From Longimicrobiales bacterium (GTDB lineage: Bacteria > Gemmatimonadota > Gemmatimonadetes > Longimicrobiales > Gaopeijiaceae), in the NCBI GenBank assembly GCA_965202805.1, contig OZ241869.1:2784001-2848000 (forward strand): a stretch of DNA of 64,000 bases, read 5' to 3'. Shown here one piece after another: positions 58,876 to 64,000 of this stretch. Position numbers and translations under genes: made by a program. How positions within the stretch are numbered: position 1 is the first letter of the stretch; each line of letters opens with the position of its first letter. Under the pieces are notes generated by a model. The model saw only the letters and a program-made list of their open reading frames with translations, had not been told where the DNA came from and did no database searches.

Positions 58876-59675
58876 GAAGGTACGGGAGCCCTCGTCGTAG
58901 CAAGTCTATGTTGCGTTCGCTGAATGACTTCCCTGGCCAGCCGGAGGTAGTAGCGGGCCCCGGCGGACAGGACATCGTATACGATGATGGGCTTGCCGAA
59001 GCTCGGCGCCTCCGCCAGGCGAACGTTCCTGGGGATCGCGTTCGTAAAGACCTTGTCTCCAAAGTACTCGCGGGCTTCCCGGGCGACCTGTTTCGACAGG
59101 TTGAGCCGCTTGTCGAACATGGTCAGGAGCACGCCCTCGATCTCCAGGCCCGTGTTGAGCCCCCGCTGTACGACGCGAACCGTGTTCAGAAGCTGGCTGA
59201 GGCCTTCCAGCGCGTAGAACTCGCACTGAATCGGGATGAGTACGGAGTCGGCCGCGGTCAGGGTGTTGAGCGTGAGGAGACCCAGCGATGGGGGGCAGTC
59301 CACGAGAATGTAGTCGTAGTCGTGGCGAATCGGCTCAAGAGCCGTTCGCAGAACGGATTCGCGGGCCTCGACGCCCACCAGTTCGATTTCCGCGCCCGCC
59401 AGGTCGCGCGTGGTGCCGACCATGTCCAGGTAGGGAAAGTGAAGCTGGCGAACCCTTGATTCCTCGATCGAGCGCCCGCCGATCATGACCTCGTACATTC
59501 CGGAGACCTGGTCGTGGCCCCAGAGGCCCAACCCGCTGCTCGCATTGGCCTGTGGATCCATGTCGATGACCAGCGTGCGCTGTTCGGCCACGGCCAATGC
59601 GGCTCCCAGGTTGATCGCGGTTGTCGTCTTCCCTACACCCCCCTTCTGGTTGGCGATGGTAATGACTCTGGACAT
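58872..59675 (-). CDS. parA: Chromosome partitioning ATPase ParA/Soj
   Basis: NQKGGVGKTT, DMDPQAN, DCPPSLG, IPRNVRLAEAPS. Confidence 0.97.
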   Translation of the reverse strand: MSRVITIANQKGGVGKTTTAINLGAALAVAEQRTLVIDMDPQANASSGLGLWGHDQVSGMYEVMIGGRSIEESRVRQLHFPYLDMVGTTRDLAGAEIELVGVEARESVLRTALEPIRHDYDYILVDCPPSLGLLTLNTLTAADSVLIPIQCEFYALEGLSQLLNTVRVVQRGLNTGLEIEGVLLTMFDKRLNLSKQVAREAREYFGDKVFTNAIPRNVRLAEAPSFGKPIIVYDVLSAGARYYLRLAREVIQRTQHRLATTRAPVPS

Positions 59676-59882
59676 GGAAGCAGCGGTCAACCTTTGCCGG
59701 GGGAGGGTTTTGCACAACAGCGAGTCGTCCCGGGATCGAACTCCGGACTCAAACGAGAGTCCCATCCGAAAGCTACCCGACCCCCGGTTTGCAGAAAAGG
59801 TGGATGCGCGTCGTTCGCGGCTGGTCTCGCGCCCTCTGGCGGGTCACCCTTACATATGGATCCGGGTGCCCCGACACACCGG

Positions 59883-60287
59883 CTAGCGGTCGCGGGGCGG
59901 CTCCGATGCGGGGGGAGCGCTCGCCGAACCTGCGGCAGGGTCCGACGGCGTGAAGTAGCGCGCCTTCATTGCCTGGAAGCGACGCGCGGACTTCGCGTCC
60001 AGGTGTTCATCCAGGTAGCGGTCCAGCAGGGGAACCAGTTGTTCTCTGAGGAAGGCTCCGCGCGCCATCCATTGGTAGTACTGCCGTCCGCCGTGCCGGT
60101 AGGGACCGTACAGCTTCCCCCCCGGGAAGTTCTCCATGATCCAGTCGAAGAGCGTCTTGTGGTCCGTGTGCATGCGGAGCGTCACGTGCGGCTGCCGACC
60201 ATCTCCACCGAAATGTCCTTCCCCAACGAGGATTCCCACGAGGAACCCGACGTCGAAGTCCCGGCCTGCTCCTTGTTTCACCGTCAT
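59883..60287 (-). CDS. Single-motif LAGLIDADG-like protein (134 aa)
   Basis: FLVGILVGEGHF helix followed by a beta-rich pattern; ATGA overlap with the mnmG stop. Confidence 0.65.
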   Translation of the reverse strand: MTVKQGAGRDFDVGFLVGILVGEGHFGGDGRQPHVTLRMHTDHKTLFDWIMENFPGGKLYGPYRHGGRQYYQWMARGAFLREQLVPLLDRYLDEHLDAKSARRFQAMKARYFTPSDPAAGSASAPPASEPPRDR

Positions 60288-62236
60288 GTTTCCCGTGAAA
60301 CATGGCTGGCTCCACGGTGTTGTTTCACCGTCATGTTTCCCGTGGAACATTGTGAACGAACGCCCCCCTGTTTCCGGATCTCCAGGACCAGGTTCTGAAG
60401 ATCCGCCGGCGACACGCCCGAGACCCTCGAGGCCTGCGCCAGGGTGCCGGGACGGACTTGACCCAGCTTTTCGCGGGCCTCGTGCGACAGCGTCACCAGG
60501 TCCTGGTACACGATATCCCGGGGAATCCGGAATGCCGCGCGCGCGCGAAGCGCAGCCGCTCGATCCCGCTCGCGCTGCACATATCCCCGGTACTTCAGGT
60601 CGACCTCGACCGCCAACATTGCATCCTCCCAGCCAACCTCGACAAATGACGCATTGGCCGCCCGAATCAGCATCTTTGATGTCACCTCCGGCCTTCTCAA
60701 TAAATCCACCGCTCGTGAGGTGGTGCGCACCGGGCTGGATCCCGCGTCCGCCAACGCGTCGTTCACCTGCTCGGGTCGCAGGCGCGTTGAGCGGAACCAC
60801 TCGCGCAGCCGCGCTTCCGTCTCCAGGCGTTCTTCAAGCACCTTTGTCTGGCTGGGCGACAACAGACCCCGTTGGCGCGCTACCGGCCCCAGGCGGGAGA
60901 GCGCGTTGTCCTGTCTCAGCAGAAGGCGGAATTCTGCGCGCGAGGTAAAGAGCCTGTAGGGTTCATCCACGCCCTTGGTGACCAGATCGTCGATCAGCAC
61001 GCCGATGTACGCCTCGTCACGCTCAAGGACGAAGGGCGCCTTCTCCAGAGCGGCCAAACCGGCGTTGGCACCCGCTACCAACCCCTGCCCGGCGGCTTCC
61101 TCGTAGCCGGTCGTGCCGTTAATCTGCCCGGCAAAGAAGAGTCCCGCTACCGACTTCACCTCCAGCGTGTGCCGCAGCTGATGCGGAAGGAAGTAGTCGT
61201 ACTCGATCGCGTACCCGCACCGGGTCATGCGCACGCGCTCCAACCCCGGCACGGTACGCAGGAATCGGAGCTGCACTTCCGGAGGCAACGAGGTCGACAG
61301 CCCGTTGACATAGAGTTCGGTCGTGTCCAACCCCTCCGGCTCCAGAAAGACCTGGTGCCCGCGTGCGTCCGGAAACCGTACGATCTTGTCTTCGATCGAC
61401 GGACAGTACCGCGGCCCGCGGCCCGCGATGGCCCCCCCGAACCGCGCGCTCTGGTCGAGGTTTTCCTGCACGATGTCCCGGAGTTCCTCCCCCGTCCACG
61501 TAATCCAGCAGGGTCGCTCGCCCGGATACTCCTCGCGTACAAACGCCGAGAACCGCACCCCTCCCGGTTCCGACGGTTGCTCCTGCACCCTTCCGTAGTC
61601 CACGGACCGACCGTCGATGCGAGGTGGAGTGCCGGTCTTGAAACGCGCCACCTCCAGCTCCCGGCCTTCGAGCGCACAGGCCAGCGCGACCGAGCCCTCC
61701 TCTCCGGCACGCCCCCCCTCGACCCCTTTTCCAAGGCCGATATGAATGCGCCCGCGAAGAAACGTGCCCGTCGTGATGACCACGGAGGAAGCCCGGAACT
61801 CCAGCCCCGTGCGCGTCCGCACGCCGGCAATCCGGTCGCCCCGGAACACAAGGTCGGAGACCATGTCCTGAAAGAGGTCCAGCGTCGGCAGTTCTTCGAG
61901 CACCCGCCGCACCGCCAGAGCATACAGGGTCCTGTCGCATTGCGCGCGCGGACCCCACACGGCCGGTCCCTTGGAGCGGTTGAGCATACGGAAGTGAATG
62001 CGCGCCGCGTCCGTAGCCCGGCCCATCACACCGCCGAGAGCGTCGACCTCGCGCGCGACGACACCCTTCGCGATGCCCCCGATCGCGGGGTTACAGCTCA
62101 TCTGTCCGATGCGCCCAAGATCCGGGGTGATCAGCAACACGCGAGTTCCGAGGCGCGCTGCGGCGGCCGCCGCCTCTGCCCCGGCGTGGCCTCCACCCAC
62201 CACGATGACGTCGAATTCTCGATCCACGATCTGCAA
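60284..62236 (-). CDS. mnmG: tRNA U34 carboxymethylaminomethyl modification enzyme MnmG (GidA)
   Basis: GGGHAG.EAA, MSCNPAIGG, GPRYCPSIEDK, GQINGTTGYEEAA. Confidence 0.98.
   Translation of the reverse strand: MQIVDREFDVIVVGGGHAGAEAAAAAARLGTRVLLITPDLGRIGQMSCNPAIGGIAKGVVAREVDALGGVMGRATDAARIHFRMLNRSKGPAVWGPRAQCDRTLYALAVRRVLEELPTLDLFQDMVSDLVFRGDRIAGVRTRTGLEFRASSVVITTGTFLRGRIHIGLGKGVEGGRAGEEGSVALACALEGRELEVARFKTGTPPRIDGRSVDYGRVQEQPSEPGGVRFSAFVREEYPGERPCWITWTGEELRDIVQENLDQSARFGGAIAGRGPRYCPSIEDKIVRFPDARGHQVFLEPEGLDTTELYVNGLSTSLPPEVQLRFLRTVPGLERVRMTRCGYAIEYDYFLPHQLRHTLEVKSVAGLFFAGQINGTTGYEEAAGQGLVAGANAGLAALEKAPFVLERDEAYIGVLIDDLVTKGVDEPYRLFTSRAEFRLLLRQDNALSRLGPVARQRGLLSPSQTKVLEERLETEARLREWFRSTRLRPEQVNDALADAGSSPVRTTSRAVDLLRRPEVTSKMLIRAANASFVEVGWEDAMLAVEVDLKYRGYVQRERDRAAALRARAAFRIPRDIVYQDLVTLSHEAREKLGQVRPGTLAQASRVSGVSPADLQNLVLEIRKQGGVRSQCSTGNMTVKQHRGASHVSRET
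60287..60302. promoter_or_regulatory. parS: parS site 1
   Basis: TGTTTCCCGTGAAACA, 1 mismatch to TGTTTCACGTGAAACA. Confidence 0.85.
60334..60349. promoter_or_regulatory. parS: parS site 2
   Basis: TGTTTCCCGTGGAACA. Confidence 0.8.
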
Positions 62237-62259
62237 CCCGCGTTTCCCGTCTCGCCTGC

Positions 62260-63723
62260 CTATTTCCCGATACAGAAGTCCCGGAACACCCGGTCGAGCA
62301 CCTCATCCAGGGTAACGGTCCCGAGGACATCCTCCAGGGCCGTCTCTGCCGGCCTCAGGTGGGTCGCGGCCACTTCGGCCGGAACCCCGTTCGCCAGGGC
62401 GCGTTCAAATGCGTCCAGCTCCTCCACCGCTCGTGTCAGACAGCGGCGGTGGCGCCTGCGGGTCACGACCGGCATGTCTGCCGGCGCCTGGACCAGCCCC
62501 CCAAAAACCATGCGCGGCAGAACGCTGCGGATCTCTTCCAGTCCCTCGCCCGTGACGACCGAGGTGACGATCCGGTCAGGCAGGGCGTTGACGTCATCCG
62601 TTCCGGCCGCGAGAGGGTGCCTTGTCCGGCCTTCTGCCCTGGAACAGCCGTTCCCCCGGGTGCCCACGTACCTGGGCGTGCCGTTGCCCGCTCGGGCCAG
62701 GTCGGCCTTTGTTTCCAAAACCAGGAACGGGCAATCGCGTTCATCCAGAAATCCCGCATCCGCATCCGAAACCCCTTCGCCCCACTCCGTGCAATACAGC
62801 ACCAGATCCGCCCGCGCCAGATAGCGGCGGGCCACTTCGATCCCCAACGCCTCGACGCGCTCCCCGGTTTCCCGGAGCCCGGCGGTATCCACAAGCCGGA
62901 ACGGATAGCCGCCCAACGACACAGTGGCCTCGAGCGCGTCTCGCGTGGTTCCCGGCACTTCGGTCACGATGGCACGGTCGTATCCAACTAAAGCATTGAA
63001 AATACTTGACTTACCGGAATTGGGACGTCCTGCCAGAACGGTCAGCGCACCCTCTCTGAGCAGCTCCCCCTCAGGTGCCGTGGCCAGCACGCCCTCCAAC
63101 CGGAGACGCACCTCCCGCGCCTCGTGGGCCACGGCCTCGAGGCTCGTCGGGGGCTCGTCCTCATCCGGAAAGTCCAGGTGGTGGACGAGCAGTGCCTCCA
63201 GTCTGACCAGAGAAGCGCGAGCCGACGTCATCCGGGCCGACAGCCCACGCTCGATCTGATGCACCGCCACCCGGTGCAGTGCCCGGCTGCGGCCCGCCAC
63301 CAGATCGGAAACGGCCTCCGCCTGCAGCAGATCCATCTTCCCGTTCAGGTAGGCCCGCCGGGTGAATTCACCGGGCTCGGCCATGCGCGCGCCCGCCTCG
63401 AGCGCGTGCTCCACCAGGAGGCCGGGGACGAGATATCCGCCGTGACAGGAGATCTCCACCATGTCCTCGCCGGTGTAGCTGGCCGGCGCCGGAAAGCTGG
63501 TGACGATTCCCCGGTCCAGGAGTTCCCCGGATTCCGGGTCGTGCAGTCCCGCCAGCATCGCTCGGCGGGCACCTGGGTCACGCAGACAGGGCGCGAGCGC
63601 GCGTCGGATGGAAAACGCGCCCGGTCCCGAGACTCGCACCACCGCGAGGGCCCCCGGCCCCGGCGGGGTCGCCGCTGCCACGATGGTGTCCGTCAATCTT
63701 GCTCCCTGTTCCGGCCTGGCCAT
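62260..63723 (-). CDS. mnmE: tRNA modification GTPase MnmE (TrmE)
   Basis: DTIVA.AT, GRPNSGKSS, PGTTRD, DTAG, C-terminal FCIGK. Start is 63723 or TTG 63696. Confidence 0.97.
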   Translation of the reverse strand: MARPEQGARLTDTIVAAATPPGPGALAVVRVSGPGAFSIRRALAPCLRDPGARRAMLAGLHDPESGELLDRGIVTSFPAPASYTGEDMVEISCHGGYLVPGLLVEHALEAGARMAEPGEFTRRAYLNGKMDLLQAEAVSDLVAGRSRALHRVAVHQIERGLSARMTSARASLVRLEALLVHHLDFPDEDEPPTSLEAVAHEAREVRLRLEGVLATAPEGELLREGALTVLAGRPNSGKSSIFNALVGYDRAIVTEVPGTTRDALEATVSLGGYPFRLVDTAGLRETGERVEALGIEVARRYLARADLVLYCTEWGEGVSDADAGFLDERDCPFLVLETKADLARAGNGTPRYVGTRGNGCSRAEGRTRHPLAAGTDDVNALPDRIVTSVVTGEGLEEIRSVLPRMVFGGLVQAPADMPVVTRRRHRRCLTRAVEELDAFERALANGVPAEVAATHLRPAETALEDVLGTVTLDEVLDRVFRDFCIGK

Positions 63724-63739
63724 CCCGGTCGGCCGTCTT

Positions 63740-64000
63740 TCAGACCTGGGAGGGTGCCTTGTTCCTCGCCTTCTGCCGCTCCCTGGCGATCCAGTACTGC
63801 TGTGGCAATGTGGCGATGTTGGCCGTCGCGTAGTAGAGGTTCAGCCCCGATGCCAACTGGAAGAAGATGAATACCATGAAGATCGGCATGAACCACAGCA
63901 TCATCTTCATCTGGGGGTTCACCTGCTCCATCGTACGCATGCTCACCCACTGAAGCAGAAACATGGACAGGCCGAGGAAGACGGGAAGCAGATACAGGGG
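63740..64000 (-). CDS. yidC: Membrane protein insertase YidC, 3' part (truncated by window edge)
   Basis: PQMKMMLWFMP..ASGLNLYY..QQY; upstream of mnmE. Confidence 0.9.
   Translation of the reverse strand, partial: PLYLLPVFLGLSMFLLQWVSMRTMEQVNPQMKMMLWFMPIFMVFIFFQLASGLNLYYATANIATLPQQYWIARERQKARNKAPSQV

Overview
GC-rich bacterial chromosomal window. Gene content (SusC/SusD pairs outside Bacteroidota, DUF1592/DUF1552/ankyrin trio, many secreted amidases) suggests Gemmatimonadota or a relative; this is inference only. About 1-43.8 kb is accessory. It holds secreted amidases, two atypical creatininase-like proteins, a ZnuD-like TonB receptor behind a RAPP-motif leader ORF, two SusC/SusD loci, S9 peptidases, and an FG-GAP/ASPIC/thioredoxin gene split by an in-frame TGA. 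43.8-46.7 kb is a 17-tRNA cluster on the minus strand with tRNA-derived palindromic repeats. 46.8-64 kb is core and origin-proximal: msrA, lipA-pdhABC, nif3, bactofilin, M23, parAB, parS, mnmG, mnmE and partial yidC. The top leads are four. (1) A candidate leader-peptide attenuator in front of the tRNA cluster, whose control codons are read by the cluster's own tRNAs. (2) A candidate ~1000-aa selenoprotein with a SECIS-like hairpin, next to a DsbD-N-like gene, in a cassette bounded by direct repeats. (3) A metal-sensing RAPP arrest uORF. (4) A LAGLIDADG-like gene coupled to mnmG at duplicated parS sites. All calls are from reading the sequence by eye; no searches or folding programs were run.
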